In this document: positions 31,737 to 43,908 of the stretch, one piece after another
Position numbering within the stretch: the stretch's first letter is position 1
How the letters are laid out: each line of letters starts with the position of its first letter
Made by a program: the position numbers and the translations under genes
Origin: an uncultured Acidimicrobiia bacterium
Lineage (GTDB): Bacteria > Actinomycetota > Acidimicrobiia > Acidimicrobiales > Ilumatobacteraceae
Length of the DNA: 64,000 nt
Assembly: GCA_963774125.1 (NCBI GenBank)
Contig: CAVZDR010000002.1
Location: 420,605 to 484,604 of the forward strand
Reading direction: 5' to 3'
Notes under the pieces: generated by a model
Told to the model about the DNA's origin: nothing
Database searches by the model: none
What the model saw: only the letters and a program-made list of their open reading frames with translations

Positions 31737-31809
31737 CTGGGCGCGGAGCGTCTCGAATCCGAGAACGTCCGCGCCCAGATGTCGTTTGAGAACGTCCGCG
31801 CCCAGATGT
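31737..31809 (+). repeat. long hairpin right after the VOC stop, with its right arm duplicated in tandem
   Basis: CTGGGCGCGGAGCGTCTC (31737-31754), loop GAATCC, GAGAACGTCCGCGCCCAG (31761-31778). GAGAACGTCCGCGCCCAGATGT is repeated at 31788-31809 (period 27). It may act as a terminator. Confidence 0.6.
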
Positions 31810-31890
31810 GGGGGTCGACGGGTTCGTAAGAACCCGAATACGACGTCCGTCCGATGTGCCTGAGGGCACGTTGGCTCACCGTGGGTCGGC

Positions 31891-32889
31891 ATGAACCGAA
31901 CCACCATGTTCCTTTCGTCCGTAGTGGCGGGCGTGTCCGTTGCGCTCGTCGCCCCCGCCGTCGGCGTCATCGGCGCCGCGGGCGTCGACGCCTCCGTCAC
32001 CGGCGACACGCTGCGCGTCGTCGGCACTTCGGGTGCCGACGCGATCACGCTGCGGCTCCGGGCCGGCGACCCGAACACCGTCGAGGTCGACGCGCCGGCA
32101 GACGGTGTCGCCGACGCTTCCTTCTCCCGCGACCAGTTCACGAAGATCCTGATCCTCGGCCGTTCCGGCAACGACGTGCTGCGGATCGACGACACCAACG
32201 GCACGTTCACCGACACCGAGACCACCACGGTCGACGGTGAGAGCGGCAACGACAGCATGTTCGGCGGTGGCGGCGTCGAGACCTTCCGCGGTGGCTCCGG
32301 CAACGACGTCGTCGACGGAAACCGGGGCAACGACATCGGCATCATGGGCTCCGGCAACGACAACTTCATCTGGGACCCGGGCGACGGAAACGACACCATC
32401 GAGGGTGAGTCCGGCATCGACACGATGACGTTCAACGGCGCCGGCGGCCCCGAGACGTTCGACATGAGCGCGAACGGCGGGCGGCTGCTCTTCTTCCGCA
32501 CGCCCGGCAACGTGTCGATGGACACCGACAGCGTCGAAGCAGTCACCGTGAACGCCCTCGGCAGCGCCGACGTCTTCACGATCGGCGACCTGTCGGCGAC
32601 TGACGTCGCCACGACGCTGCTCGACCTCGGCGCTGCGCTCGGTGCCTCGGGTGGCGATGGCGCCGTTGATGAGGTCATCCTGAGCGGCACCGAAGGTGAC
32701 GACGACATCACCGTGGCCGGCAGTGGCGCCGGGATCTCGGTCGCCGGCCTGCAGCCCGAGGTGACCATCGTCGATGCCGAGCCGACCGACCAGCTGCGGG
32801 TCGAGACCCTCGGCGGCACCGACACGGTCGACACGGCAGCCCTCGTGCCGGGTGTGATCGACCTGCTCGTCGACGGCGCCCCGGCCTGA
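31891..32889 (+). CDS. secreted calcium-binding protein with hemolysin-type (RTX-like) GGxGxD/GNDxxxG repeats
   Basis: N-terminal signal-like MNRTTMFLSSVVAGVSVALVAPAVG. Repeats include GESGNDSMFGGGGVETFRGGSGNDVVDGNRGNDIGIMGSGNDNFIWDPGDGNDTIEGESGID. Confidence 0.7.
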   Translation: MNRTTMFLSSVVAGVSVALVAPAVGVIGAAGVDASVTGDTLRVVGTSGADAITLRLRAGDPNTVEVDAPADGVADASFSRDQFTKILILGRSGNDVLRIDDTNGTFTDTETTTVDGESGNDSMFGGGGVETFRGGSGNDVVDGNRGNDIGIMGSGNDNFIWDPGDGNDTIEGESGIDTMTFNGAGGPETFDMSANGGRLLFFRTPGNVSMDTDSVEAVTVNALGSADVFTIGDLSATDVATTLLDLGAALGASGGDGAVDEVILSGTEGDDDITVAGSGAGISVAGLQPEVTIVDAEPTDQLRVETLGGTDTVDTAALVPGVIDLLVDGAPA

Positions 32890-32920
32890 GACTGACCGAC
32901 CGACCCTGAGAGGACGCGCC

Positions 32921-34327
32921 GTGGCCGACGTCATCATCATCGGTGGGGGGATCGCCGGGCTGTGCAGCGGAATGCTGCTTGCTCGCGACGGCCACCGCGT
33001 CCGCATCCTCGATCGGGACCCGGCGCCCCCACCCGCCGGGCCCGATGACCGCTGGGCGGGCTGGGAGCGCCGCGGCGTCACCCAGTTCCGCCAGCTCCAC
33101 GGCTTCCTTCCCCGGTTCCGGCAGCTGCTCGATGCCGAGCTGCCGGAGGTGGTGCCGGCGCTCATCGCCGACGGCGCGCTCCACGGCAACCGGGTTGCGT
33201 CGCTGCCCGAAGCGCTGACCGGTGGCCTGCGCCCTGGCGATGAGCGCTTCGCTCACGTCACGGGCCGCCGCCCCGTCGTCGAGGGCACGATCGCTCGGCT
33301 GGCCAGCCAGGAGCCCGGCCTGGAGATCCGCCGCGGCGTGGCCGTGCGCGGACTGCTGACCGGGACCCCGACACTGGACGGCGTCCCTCACGTGATCGGC
33401 GTCGTCACCACCGGCGGCGATGAGATGTTTGCCGACCTCGTCGTCGACGCGGGTGGCCGGCGCTCACCGATCCCGAGCTGGCTGGCGGAGCTCGGTGAGC
33501 GAGGCCCGGTCGAACATGCCGATGACGACGGCTTCGTGTACTACGCCAGACACTTCCGCTCGCCTGACGGCACCGTCCCAGCCGCGAAGGCGCCGCCCCA
33601 GCAGCCATACGACTCGGTGACCCTCGTGACGCTCCCGGCGGACAACGGAACATGGGGCGTGGCGATCGTCGCCAGCGCCGCCGACAAGGCGTTGCGGGCC
33701 CTTCGCCAGGTCGATGTGTTCGACAGCGTGGTGCGCAGCTACCCCCTCGCCGCGCACTGGGTCGACGGAGAGCCGCTCACCGACGTCGACGTCTTCGCCC
33801 GGATCGAGGACCGTCACCGCCAGTACTGGGTCGACGATCGACCGGTCGTCACCGGCCTCGTTGCGGTCGGCGACGCCTGGGCGTGCACCAACCCGTCTCT
33901 CGGCCGCGGGGCGACGATCGGGCTCCGCCATGTCGTTGCGTTGCGCGACGTGCTGGCGGAGGCCACGCCGCGGTCCCCCGTCGAGCTCGTCGAGCGGTTC
34001 GCAGTCGAGACGGCGGCGACGGTGGAACCGCTGTACCACGACGCCGTGGACTTCAGCCGCCATCGCCTTGCCGAGATCGACGCCCAGATCGCCGGTCGCC
34101 CCTACGAGACCGACGACCTCGCGTGGCGGTTGGGCCAGGCGCTGCGCCACGCGTCGACGCGGGACCCTGATCTGCTGCGGGCGTTCATCAGCGTCGCCAC
34201 GCTGCTCGAGCGCGGCGTCGACGTGTTCCGCCAGCCGGGCGTCGCCGAGAAGGCGTTGGCGCTCGGCACGCCCACCGCGCCGCCTGGTCCTGGACGCGAG
34301 GAGCTCCTCGAACTGCTCGCCGCCTAG
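32921..34327 (+). CDS. FAD-dependent oxidoreductase
   Basis: GTG start after [39 protein letters not shown] is a Rossmann dinucleotide fold, and ...[16 protein letters not shown] follows. Intact 468 aa. Confidence 0.75.
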   Translation: MADVIIIGGGIAGLCSGMLLARDGHRVRILDRDPAPPPAGPDDRWAGWERRGVTQFRQLHGFLPRFRQLLDAELPEVVPALIADGALHGNRVASLPEALTGGLRPGDERFAHVTGRRPVVEGTIARLASQEPGLEIRRGVAVRGLLTGTPTLDGVPHVIGVVTTGGDEMFADLVVDAGGRRSPIPSWLAELGERGPVEHADDDGFVYYARHFRSPDGTVPAAKAPPQQPYDSVTLVTLPADNGTWGVAIVASAADKALRALRQVDVFDSVVRSYPLAAHWVDGEPLTDVDVFARIEDRHRQYWVDDRPVVTGLVAVGDAWACTNPSLGRGATIGLRHVVALRDVLAEATPRSPVELVERFAVETAATVEPLYHDAVDFSRHRLAEIDAQIAGRPYETDDLAWRLGQALRHASTRDPDLLRAFISVATLLERGVDVFRQPGVAEKALALGTPTAPPGPGREELLELLAA

Positions 34328-34365
34328 AGGCCGGGCTCAGCGCGCACCGACCTCCGCGCGCGACT

Positions 34366-35958
34366 GTGTCGCCCGTGGAGGAGTTCGAGATCGGTCTGGC
34401 GGCCGTGCTCCTCGCGGTCGCCGTCCTCAACGCGCTCGCCGGACGCATCGGCATCCCGTATCCGATCGTGCTCGTTCTGGGCGGTCTGGTGCTGGGGGTT
34501 CTCCCCGGCGTTCCCGAGACCGAGCTCGACCCGGACCTCGTGCTGTTCGTCTTCCTGCCGCCGCTGCTGTACTCCGCTGCCTTCTTCGCCGATGTGAGGG
34601 CGCTTCGCGGCTATGCAAGGGCGCTCTCGCTCACAGCCATCGGGCTCGTGCTGGTCACGGTCGTACTGGTCGCCCTCGCCAGCCACTACGTGCTCGATCT
34701 GCCCTGGCCCATGGCGTTCGCGCTGGGCGCCATCGTCTCACCCACCGACCCGGTCGCAGCAACGTCGATCATGCGCCGCCTCGGCGCGCCTCGCCGGATC
34801 GTCAACCTGGTCGAGGGCGAGAGCCTCGTCAACGACGCCGCCGCGTTGGTCGCCTACCGCGTCGCCGTGGCGGCCGCCGTTGGCGGAGCCTTCTCGCTAC
34901 TCGATGCGAGCGCACGCTTCGTCGTCGGCGGCGCAGGCGGCGTGGCCGTGGGGCTCGTCGTCGGATACGTGATCGGCGAGATCCGCCGTCGGTTGGACGA
35001 TCGCCTGACGGAGATCACCATCGGGCTGCTCACCGGGTACGTCGCGTTCGTTCCGGCCGAGCGGCTGCACCTGTCGGGCGTGCTCGCCGTGGTCACCGCC
35101 GGGCTGTACCTCGGTTGGCGTTCTCCCGAGCTGACCTCGCCAGGAACACGGCTGCAGTCGTACGCCGTGTGGGAGCTGTTGACGTTCCTCCTGAACGCCA
35201 CGCTGTTCGTCCTCATCGGCCTGCAGTTGCCGGTCGTGGTCGACGGCCTGGACGGTCAATCCTTCCCCGCGCTGCTCGGGTATGCCGCCCTCGTGTGCGT
35301 CGTCGTCATCGGCGCTCGGTTCGCCTGGGTGTTCACCACGCCATACCTCATCCGGGCGATCGACCGCCGACCGCGGCAGCGCGAGCTCCGCATGGGCGCC
35401 GCCCAACGGGCCGTGATCGCGTGGAGCGGGATGCGCGGCGCGGTGTCGCTCGCGACGGCCCTGGCACTCCCCGCGGCGACGGACGCTGGTGCTCCGCTCC
35501 CGGGCCGGAGCCTCATCGTGTTCGTCACGTTCGCCGTGGTGCTCGTCACCGTCGTCGGTCAGGGGTTGACCCTGCCCACCCTGATCCGTCGGCTCGGCGT
35601 CGCTGCCGACGGACAGGAGGAGCAGCACGAGATGCTCGTCGCCCGCATGATGGCGAGCAAGGCAGCGCTGCTCGAGGTGGACCGGATGGCCGGAGAGGGC
35701 TGGGCCGGCGAGGAGGCGCTCACCCGCGCCCGCCAGTACTACGAGCAGCGCAAGCGCCGCGACGCCGCCCGGGCCGGGAAGATCGAAGACGATGGGTACG
35801 AGGAGGAGTCGACGAACCGACGGCAGATCCTGCTGCGGGTGTACGGAGCCGAGCGGAGAGCGATCGTCGACCTCCGCAACTCGGGTCAGATCAGCAACGA
35901 GGTCATGCACACCCTCGAGCGCGAGCTCGACCTGGAAGAGTCCTATCTCGACCAGTAG
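34366..35958 (+). CDS. Na+/H+ antiporter (CPA1, NhaP-type) with cytoplasmic C-terminal tail
   Basis: 530 aa, about 12 TM helices, [12 protein letters not shown] and [12 protein letters not shown] motifs. The long charged C-terminal domain ends ...[15 protein letters not shown]. Confidence 0.85.
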   Translation: MSPVEEFEIGLAAVLLAVAVLNALAGRIGIPYPIVLVLGGLVLGVLPGVPETELDPDLVLFVFLPPLLYSAAFFADVRALRGYARALSLTAIGLVLVTVVLVALASHYVLDLPWPMAFALGAIVSPTDPVAATSIMRRLGAPRRIVNLVEGESLVNDAAALVAYRVAVAAAVGGAFSLLDASARFVVGGAGGVAVGLVVGYVIGEIRRRLDDRLTEITIGLLTGYVAFVPAERLHLSGVLAVVTAGLYLGWRSPELTSPGTRLQSYAVWELLTFLLNATLFVLIGLQLPVVVDGLDGQSFPALLGYAALVCVVVIGARFAWVFTTPYLIRAIDRRPRQRELRMGAAQRAVIAWSGMRGAVSLATALALPAATDAGAPLPGRSLIVFVTFAVVLVTVVGQGLTLPTLIRRLGVAADGQEEQHEMLVARMMASKAALLEVDRMAGEGWAGEEALTRARQYYEQRKRRDAARAGKIEDDGYEEESTNRRQILLRVYGAERRAIVDLRNSGQISNEVMHTLERELDLEESYLDQ

Positions 35959-35963
35959 GTCTG

Positions 35964-36009
35964 AGGCTCGGCTCGCAAGAAGTTGCTCGCCTCGCCTACC
36001 GAGCTCGCC
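35964..36009 (+). repeat. dispersed intergenic repeat, family A, copy 3
   Basis: AGGCTCGGCTCGCAAGAAGTTGCTCGCCTCGCCTACCGAGCTCGCC lies 6 nt after the antiporter stop and 45 nt before the ettA ATG. Confidence 0.7.
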
Positions 36010-36053
36010 GCCGCTTCGGGCTCGAGCTCGGCGCCCGTAGCCTGGGTCGCCGC

Positions 36054-37730
<1,677 letters not shown>

Positions 37731-37927
37731 CCGGTCGCGAAGGGCGGCGCCGGCCGGCGTGCGAGCGCCAGCGAGCCGCCGGCAGATGGGGTCTGGGGGC
37801 GCAGCCCCCAGCAGAACACGGCGCCGCCGCCGACCAGCCCCACCGGATCAAGTACAAGAAGCTGGCGTCATGACCGTTCGCGAAGGGCGGGTGCCAGAAA
37901 ACGTCGACCGATAGCGTCCGGCACCGC

Positions 37928-38728
37928 ATGGCGGCCCCCAGCGACGAGACCGAGCCGGGCTCCCAGCCCGACGTTCGCGCCAGTGTCGAGACCGATGTCG
38001 AGCTGGCCGTGCGCCTCGCCACGCAGGCGGGGATCGGGTTGCTCGAGGTGCGCCGCCGGCTCGTCGAATCCGGCGCACGTCCGTGGCAGGTGATGGACGG
38101 CGGGGACACCTCGAGCCAGCGCTTCCTCGCCGATGAGCTGGAACACGTGCGCCCGGATGACGCAGTGCTCTCCGAAGAGGGCCTCGAAGACCCCCGCCGC
38201 TTCGTCAACGACCGCGTTTGGATCATCGATCCGCTCGACGGCACCCGCGAGTTCGGTGAGCCGGGCCGACCGGACTGGGCCGTCCACGTCGCGCTGTGGA
38301 CCGGCTCCTCGTTCGGGGCCGGGGCCGTGAGCCTGCCGGCGATGGGGGTCACGTTCGGCACCGATCCACCGGCGATCGTGCCACCGTCGCCACGGGACCG
38401 CCCGCGGCTCGTCACGTCACGGTCGAGACCGCCATACGCCGCCGCCGTGGTCGTCCACGCCCTCGAAGCCGAACCCGTGCACCTGGGGTCAGCCGGGGCC
38501 AAGGCGATGTCGGTCGTCTCCGGCCAGACGGACATCTACGTGCACGACGGTGGCATGTACCAGTGGGACTCGGCGGCACCCGCCGCCGTGGCGCTCGCGG
38601 CTGGCCTGCATGTGAGCAGGATCGACGGGTCTCCGATCGTCTACAACGCCCGTGATCCGTGGCTGCCCGATCTGCTGCTGTGCCGGCCCGAGTGGGCCGA
38701 GCCCGTCCTCGAGGCGTTGTGGGGATGA
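37928..38728 (+). CDS. cysQ: 3'(2'),5'-bisphosphate nucleotidase / inositol-monophosphatase family (CysQ-like)
   Basis: SEEGLED, WIIDPLDGTREF and WDSAAPAAVALAAG motifs of the IMPase/CysQ family. Confidence 0.75.
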   Translation: MAAPSDETEPGSQPDVRASVETDVELAVRLATQAGIGLLEVRRRLVESGARPWQVMDGGDTSSQRFLADELEHVRPDDAVLSEEGLEDPRRFVNDRVWIIDPLDGTREFGEPGRPDWAVHVALWTGSSFGAGAVSLPAMGVTFGTDPPAIVPPSPRDRPRLVTSRSRPPYAAAVVVHALEAEPVHLGSAGAKAMSVVSGQTDIYVHDGGMYQWDSAAPAAVALAAGLHVSRIDGSPIVYNARDPWLPDLLLCRPEWAEPVLEALWG

Positions 38729-38781
38729 GCCATTCGCCGGCCGACCGGTGGGGGGTTGATTACCAGGCGTAAGCTCGACAG

Positions 38782-40698
38782 GTGGCTCGTCGCATCAGCG
38801 CTTTCGCCGTCGCGGGACTGGCTTCGATCGGCGCCGGCGTGGTGCACGCCACGGCGGCCGGCATGCACGCCGAGCACGAGCTGCTGACCCGGCTCTTCGT
38901 CGCCACCGCGGCAGCCCAGGTGCTCATCGGCGCGCTCGTGCTGCTGCGCGCCGGTCGGCTGACCGCCATCGGGACCGCCCTCATCAACGGGGCTGCCGTT
39001 GTCGCCTGGGCCATCACCCGCGTCGCTGACATCTCGTGGATCGGAGGTCTCGAGCAGGCCGAGGCGCCGCAGTTCGCGGACACCGCCTCCGCGGCACTCG
39101 GAGTGCTCGCCACCGTCGCTGCCGTCGTCGCCCTGCGGCCGGCAGAGCGGACCGTCAAGAACGGCACCGGCATCATCGCGCCTGCCGTTGCCGTCGCCGC
39201 AGTGACGGTCGCCGCGATGCTCGCGACGGCGAGTCACGTCCACTCCCACGGTGAGTCCGAAGCCGGTCACGAGCACACCGGCGAGGAAGCCGCCGGCGCA
39301 CACGATCACGCAACAGAGGCGGCGACCGAGACAACGGCCCACTCCCATGGCGACGAGGTCGCCACGGCGGATCACGAGCACACCGACGATGCGACCGCGG
39401 CCGCGCATGAGCACACCGACGACGCCACCACAGCGCAGGCGGTTGCCGCCGCGGCGTGGCCGCGACCATGGGACCCGACGCAACCAATCGACTTCTCGGG
39501 TGTGCCCGGCGTGACGCCCGAGCAGCAAGCCCGCGCCGAGGCCCTCGTCAAGACGACGCTCGAGCAGCTCCCGCAGTTCGCCGACGTCTCGACGCTCCCG
39601 GCGCTCGGCTACCGGTCGATCGGCGACGCGTCCACCGGGCACGAGCACTACATCAACATGGGCTACATCGTGGACGACGCGTTCCTCGACCCGTCGAAGC
39701 CCGAGTCCCTCGTGTACGCCGTCGACGGTGACCAGCGCACGCTCGTGTCAGCGATGTTCATCGCCAACGACCGTCCGATCGATGATCCGGAGCTCGTTGA
39801 TTTCGGCGGCGGCCTGATGCAATGGCACGTCCACGAGAACCTGTGCTGGGGTCTGAACGACGCCGGCGAACCGGTCGTCGTCGGGCTGACCGACGCCGAC
39901 GGCAACTGCGCCCCGCCGTCCGTCCACGCCGGCGGCAACAACCCGATGGTCCACGTGTGGATCGCGCCACACGAGTGCGGGCCGTTCGCCGCGCTGGAGG
40001 GACACGGGGCCGGGCAGACCGGAGATGACGGCCCGCGTGTCGATCAGTGCGCGCACGAGGGCCACGGTGATCACGCCGCGGCGGGTGCCGTCGTGGCGCC
40101 GGTGCCCTACGACCCGACGAAGCCGATCGATCTCTCGGGCGTCGAGGGCGTCACACCGGAACAACAGGCCTACGCCGAGAACCTGGTTGCCGTGACCGTG
40201 ATCCGGTTGCCGCAGTGGTCGGACCCAGCCGTTGCCGAAGCGGCCGGATTCCACTCGATCGGTGACGCCGCGACCGGACACGAGCACTACGTGCAGTGGG
40301 ACTGGATCAATGACGACGTCTGGCTGGATCCCGATGCCCCCGAGAGTCTCGTGTACGAGCCGCAGCCGGACGGGTCGAAGAAGCTGGTGTCGGCGATGTA
40401 CATGCTTCCGACCTCGGTGGCGTTGGAGGACGTGCCGGAATACGGCGGCGCGCTGATGCAGTGGCACATCCACGACAACCTCTGCTACACGAACGACCCG
40501 GTCGCCCCCCAGGTCGCCGGCCTGACCCGCGGGGATGGATCATGCCGACCGCCGCTCGTCAAGCACGACGAGGCGGCGATGATCCACGTCTGGATCACGC
40601 CCCACCAGTGCGGCCCGTTCGCCGCTTTGGAGGGCGTCGGTGCCGGCACGGTGCCGGCCGGTGAGGAGCAGTGGTGCGATCACGCTCACGGTTCCTAG
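38782..40698 (+). CDS. uncharacterised polytopic membrane protein with His-rich spacers and two tandem His/Cys-rich domains
   Basis: GTG start, 638 aa. About 4 hydrophobic helices span aa 1-150. The spacer at aa 151-212 has many H-x-H units. Repeats at aa 226-411 and 441-621 share PIDxSGVxGVTPEQQA, SIGDAxTGHEHY, PESLVY, LVSAM, LMQWHxHxNLC, CxPP and HVWIxPHxCGPFAALEG. I recognise no named family. Confidence 0.7.
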   Translation: MARRISAFAVAGLASIGAGVVHATAAGMHAEHELLTRLFVATAAAQVLIGALVLLRAGRLTAIGTALINGAAVVAWAITRVADISWIGGLEQAEAPQFADTASAALGVLATVAAVVALRPAERTVKNGTGIIAPAVAVAAVTVAAMLATASHVHSHGESEAGHEHTGEEAAGAHDHATEAATETTAHSHGDEVATADHEHTDDATAAAHEHTDDATTAQAVAAAAWPRPWDPTQPIDFSGVPGVTPEQQARAEALVKTTLEQLPQFADVSTLPALGYRSIGDASTGHEHYINMGYIVDDAFLDPSKPESLVYAVDGDQRTLVSAMFIANDRPIDDPELVDFGGGLMQWHVHENLCWGLNDAGEPVVVGLTDADGNCAPPSVHAGGNNPMVHVWIAPHECGPFAALEGHGAGQTGDDGPRVDQCAHEGHGDHAAAGAVVAPVPYDPTKPIDLSGVEGVTPEQQAYAENLVAVTVIRLPQWSDPAVAEAAGFHSIGDAATGHEHYVQWDWINDDVWLDPDAPESLVYEPQPDGSKKLVSAMYMLPTSVALEDVPEYGGALMQWHIHDNLCYTNDPVAPQVAGLTRGDGSCRPPLVKHDEAAMIHVWITPHQCGPFAALEGVGAGTVPAGEEQWCDHAHGS

Positions 40699-40708
40699 GC
40701 GGCGCTGT

Positions 40709-41215
40709 GTGCTGATCGCCATCGTCGCGACCGTCGTGGGAGGCATCGCCGCCTGCGCGCTGGTCTGCGGACTGATGGCCAGAGCTCGTCCCCAGCGCCA
40801 GCAGCGCGCGCCCGAACCGACGACTCCGGACGACGCGGTGCTCGAGCAGCTGATCGATCCTGGCGACGTCGCCGAACTCGAGGCGCGCTGGCACGCGCTC
40901 GACGCCGATCATCGGCGGCTCAACGAGGTCCTCGTGGCCCGCCTGCGCCCGCTCGTCGATCGTCGCGTCCCGGTCCGCGTCGTCGAGCCGGTCCCGGCCC
41001 GCCAGGTCGTGCGCATCCGGTTCGCCGACGGGACGACGGTGGTCGGGCGCGGAGAGGTCGCCGGCGATGCAGGCGTTCTGGCGTCGTTGGCGCGCCAGCA
41101 ATCGGTTTGGCCAGGCTCGCTGACGACCGACGCCTCCGGCGCCCACGTCGTGTTCTCCTGGTCGGGCGGGCGCTGCGTCACGGTACTCGTGACCGGCCTC
41201 GATCAGCCTGACTGA
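40709..41215 (+). CDS. hypothetical single-pass membrane protein
   Basis: Probable GTG 40709, 10 nt after the preceding stop. An N-terminal hydrophobic helix LIAIVATVVGGIAACALVCGL is followed by a soluble ~140-aa domain. No motif recognised. Confidence 0.45.
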   Translation: MLIAIVATVVGGIAACALVCGLMARARPQRQQRAPEPTTPDDAVLEQLIDPGDVAELEARWHALDADHRRLNEVLVARLRPLVDRRVPVRVVEPVPARQVVRIRFADGTTVVGRGEVAGDAGVLASLARQQSVWPGSLTTDASGAHVVFSWSGGRCVTVLVTGLDQPD

Positions 41216-41246
41216 GACGCCTGCGCGAACGCCATGATGGGAGCCG

Positions 41247-42822
41247 ATGACTGCACCGGCGGATCTCTCGTGGGGAGCCTTCTCCGAGACGGCCCCCTGG
41301 GTGCTCGACCGCGAGTCGATCACCTGGCTGGGCGACGCCGGCCGGGTCCGCCACGCCGCCCGCCGCCGTGTCCCGTCGCTGACAACGCCCACCCGGCTGC
41401 CGCCCGGGGGACGCGGCTTCGCCGTCACGTGGCGGCTGGCGGCCACCGTGCTCCCGTGGATGTGGCGGCGCCGTCGGGGGCAAGCTGCCGGCTCGGCCGG
41501 TGTCGCCGACCTGTCTCGACGCCTGCGCCTCGCCGCTGAATCGCTCGGTCCGACGTTCATCAAGCTCGGACAGATCATCTCCTCGGGTGAGGGCCTCTTC
41601 CCGCCCGAGCTGGTCGACGAGTTCAAGCGCTGCCGCGACCAGGTTCCAGCCGAGACGTTCACGGACGTGCGACGCACCGTCGAGGACGACCTCGGCGTTC
41701 CGCTCGAGGACGTGTTCGCGGAGTTCGCCGAGACGCCGATCGCCGCCGCGTCGATCGCCCAGGTCCACGTGGCCCGACTGCGCACCGGTGAGGAGGTCGT
41801 CGTCAAGGTGCAACGACCAGACGTGTCGCGCCTCGTCCACGACGATCTACGGGCCATGGCATGGGTCGCTCCGCACCTCGTTGGCCGGATCCCCATCGCC
41901 TCGTTGGCCAACCCTCCGGCCCTCGTGGAGCTGTTCGCCGACACCATCGTCGAGGAGCTCGACTTCCGCATCGAGGCGGCCAACATGCTGGACGTCGCGA
42001 CGATGCTGCGCAACCTCAACCAGACCGGCTACGTCGTCCCCCGACCTCATCCCGAGCTCGTCACGCGGCGCGTCCTCGTGATGCAGCGGCTCGACGGCTT
42101 CAAGTTCGACGACGTGGCCGGCATGCGCCAAGCCGGCATCGACACCGAAGGCGTCGTGCGCACCGCGATGGTCGCCCTCATGGAGGGGGCGATGATCGCC
42201 GGCGTCTTCCACGGCGATCTGCACGGCGGCAACCTCTTCGTGATGGCCGACGGACGCACGGCACTGCTCGACTACGGGATCGTCGGGCGGCTCTCCGACG
42301 AGCGACGCGTCGCCTTCCTGCGGCTGATGGTGTGCGCCACGACGAACGACCTGAAGGGTCAGATGGCAGCGCTGCGCGACCTCGGCGCGCTGCCCCAGGA
42401 CACCGACCTGCGGGCGGTGATCCGTGATCTCGGGCTGGACCAGGCGCCCGTCGACCCAACGACGCTGACCGGCGACCAGCTCGTCAAGGAGGTCCAGCGA
42501 GTCGTCAAGGCCTTGCTCGGCTACGGCGCCCGGATGCCCAAGGAGCTGATGCTCTACGTCAAGAACCTCGTGTTCCTGGACGCCGCCATCGCGCGGTTGG
42601 CGCCGGACCTCGACATCCTGGCGGAGGTCGCCAACATCTCGATGATGTTCGCGGTGCGCCACGGCGAGCAGCTCGGCCGTGAGCTCGGGATCAATGGGGT
42701 CGAGGTCGACTTGGCTGGCGTCAAGGCGGGGTTCGGGGTCGATCAGAGCGTCGAGCGGCTGACCCACCGGGAGCTGCAGGCCGCGCCGCGCGCTCATCCA
42801 GCACCGCATGCGCGAGAGATGA
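41247..42822 (+). pseudogene. ABC1/UbiB-family atypical kinase; one frame break near the 3' end
   Basis: LGPTFIKLGQIISS, AAASIAQVHVARL, HGDLHGGNLF. After ...THRELQ the sense continues one frame over as [12 protein letters not shown] to TGA 42820-42822. The break is near 42785. Confidence 0.8.
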
Positions 42823-43876
42823 TCGGGTCGATCCGCGGGACGAAGACACCACTCCACGAACCGTCATCGACGCGCACCGCCGCCAGCCGCTGCGCCGACT
42901 CCTCCGGCAACGTGTCGTTCAGGAACAGACTCAGTGCAGTCTCCACCGATGCACGGATCTTCAGCCGGTGCTCGTCGCGGTGCGGCGGCAGCAGCTCGAC
43001 GTGCAAGTGCCAGTCGGGCGAGCCGGCTGGCGCCTCCTGGACGCACAGCATGTACGGGAGCTCCCGGCCGAACAAGCCGTCGTAACGGGCGGTGACGCTG
43101 CGAATCGCTCTCGCCAGGTCCACGGCCTCGCCGTCGGTCACGTCGCCGAGGCGGCTGCACCCGTGGCGCCGGGCCCGCACGTGCACCTCGAACGGCCACC
43201 GGGCGGCGAACGGAACGGCAACCGTGAAGGAGTCGTTGACCACGACGTCCCGCCCGGCTCCGGCATCGGCCGCGACGAGCTCGCAACCGAGGCATCCTGC
43301 TCGTTCTCTTCGGTGCTGATCGATCGCCGTAACCTTGGCGACCGTTGCCGGTGGCAGGAACGGCAGCGCGTAGATCTGGCCATGGGGATGGCTCAACGTT
43401 GCACCCACCTCGACACCGTGGTTCTCGAACGCCATGACGTAGTCGTGGCCCTGCGCCCACAGCGCCGCGCAGCGGTCGCGCCAGAGGGCGACGACCCGGG
43501 CCACCTGGGCAGGTGAGAGCGTCGACAGCGACCCCTCGTGGTCGCTCGTGTAGACGACCATCTCGCAGCGTCCACGCGCCTCCGGCGACAGCGCGGGGAA
43601 GCGGTTGTCGAACACTGCCGCGTCGTAGGCGAACGGCAGCTCCGCTCCGCCCGGGCACAGCGGGCAGGCGGCGACCTCACGGCCGGGTCGAGTGTTCCGT
43701 GCCGGTGACACGGCGACCCACGTGTCGTTCAACATGTCGTACCGCAGGTGGACGTCACCCACGTCGACTGCGCTCGGCTGCCCGTTGAGTGTCCCCTGCA
43801 ACTCGCCGTAGAGGTGGAACGCCCGGCCGTCTGGGTGGACGAGATCGTGGCGTGGAAGCGGGTTGACGGTGCTCAT
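42794..43876 (-). CDS. galT: galactose-1-phosphate uridylyltransferase
   Basis: CPLCPGG zinc motif and the SHPHGQIY active-site His-Pro-His. Intact 360 aa. The 3' end overlaps the convergent ubiB-like gene by about 29 nt. Confidence 0.85.
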   Translation of the reverse strand: MSTVNPLPRHDLVHPDGRAFHLYGELQGTLNGQPSAVDVGDVHLRYDMLNDTWVAVSPARNTRPGREVAACPLCPGGAELPFAYDAAVFDNRFPALSPEARGRCEMVVYTSDHEGSLSTLSPAQVARVVALWRDRCAALWAQGHDYVMAFENHGVEVGATLSHPHGQIYALPFLPPATVAKVTAIDQHRRERAGCLGCELVAADAGAGRDVVVNDSFTVAVPFAARWPFEVHVRARRHGCSRLGDVTDGEAVDLARAIRSVTARYDGLFGRELPYMLCVQEAPAGSPDWHLHVELLPPHRDEHRLKIRASVETALSLFLNDTLPEESAQRLAAVRVDDGSWSGVFVPRIDPIISRACGAG

Positions 43877-43908
43877 GGGCAGCCTCAGCCTCGCGAACCC
43901 GGGCCGGT

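Noticed and set aside
31891-32889. An RTX-repeat protein as a secreted toxin with its own secretion system.
   Set aside because: It is only 332 aa, with a Sec-type signal and a handful of Ca-binding nonapeptide-like repeats. No type I secretion ABC/MFP genes, acyltransferase or pore-forming domain lie nearby. It is better described as a generic secreted Ca-binding protein.
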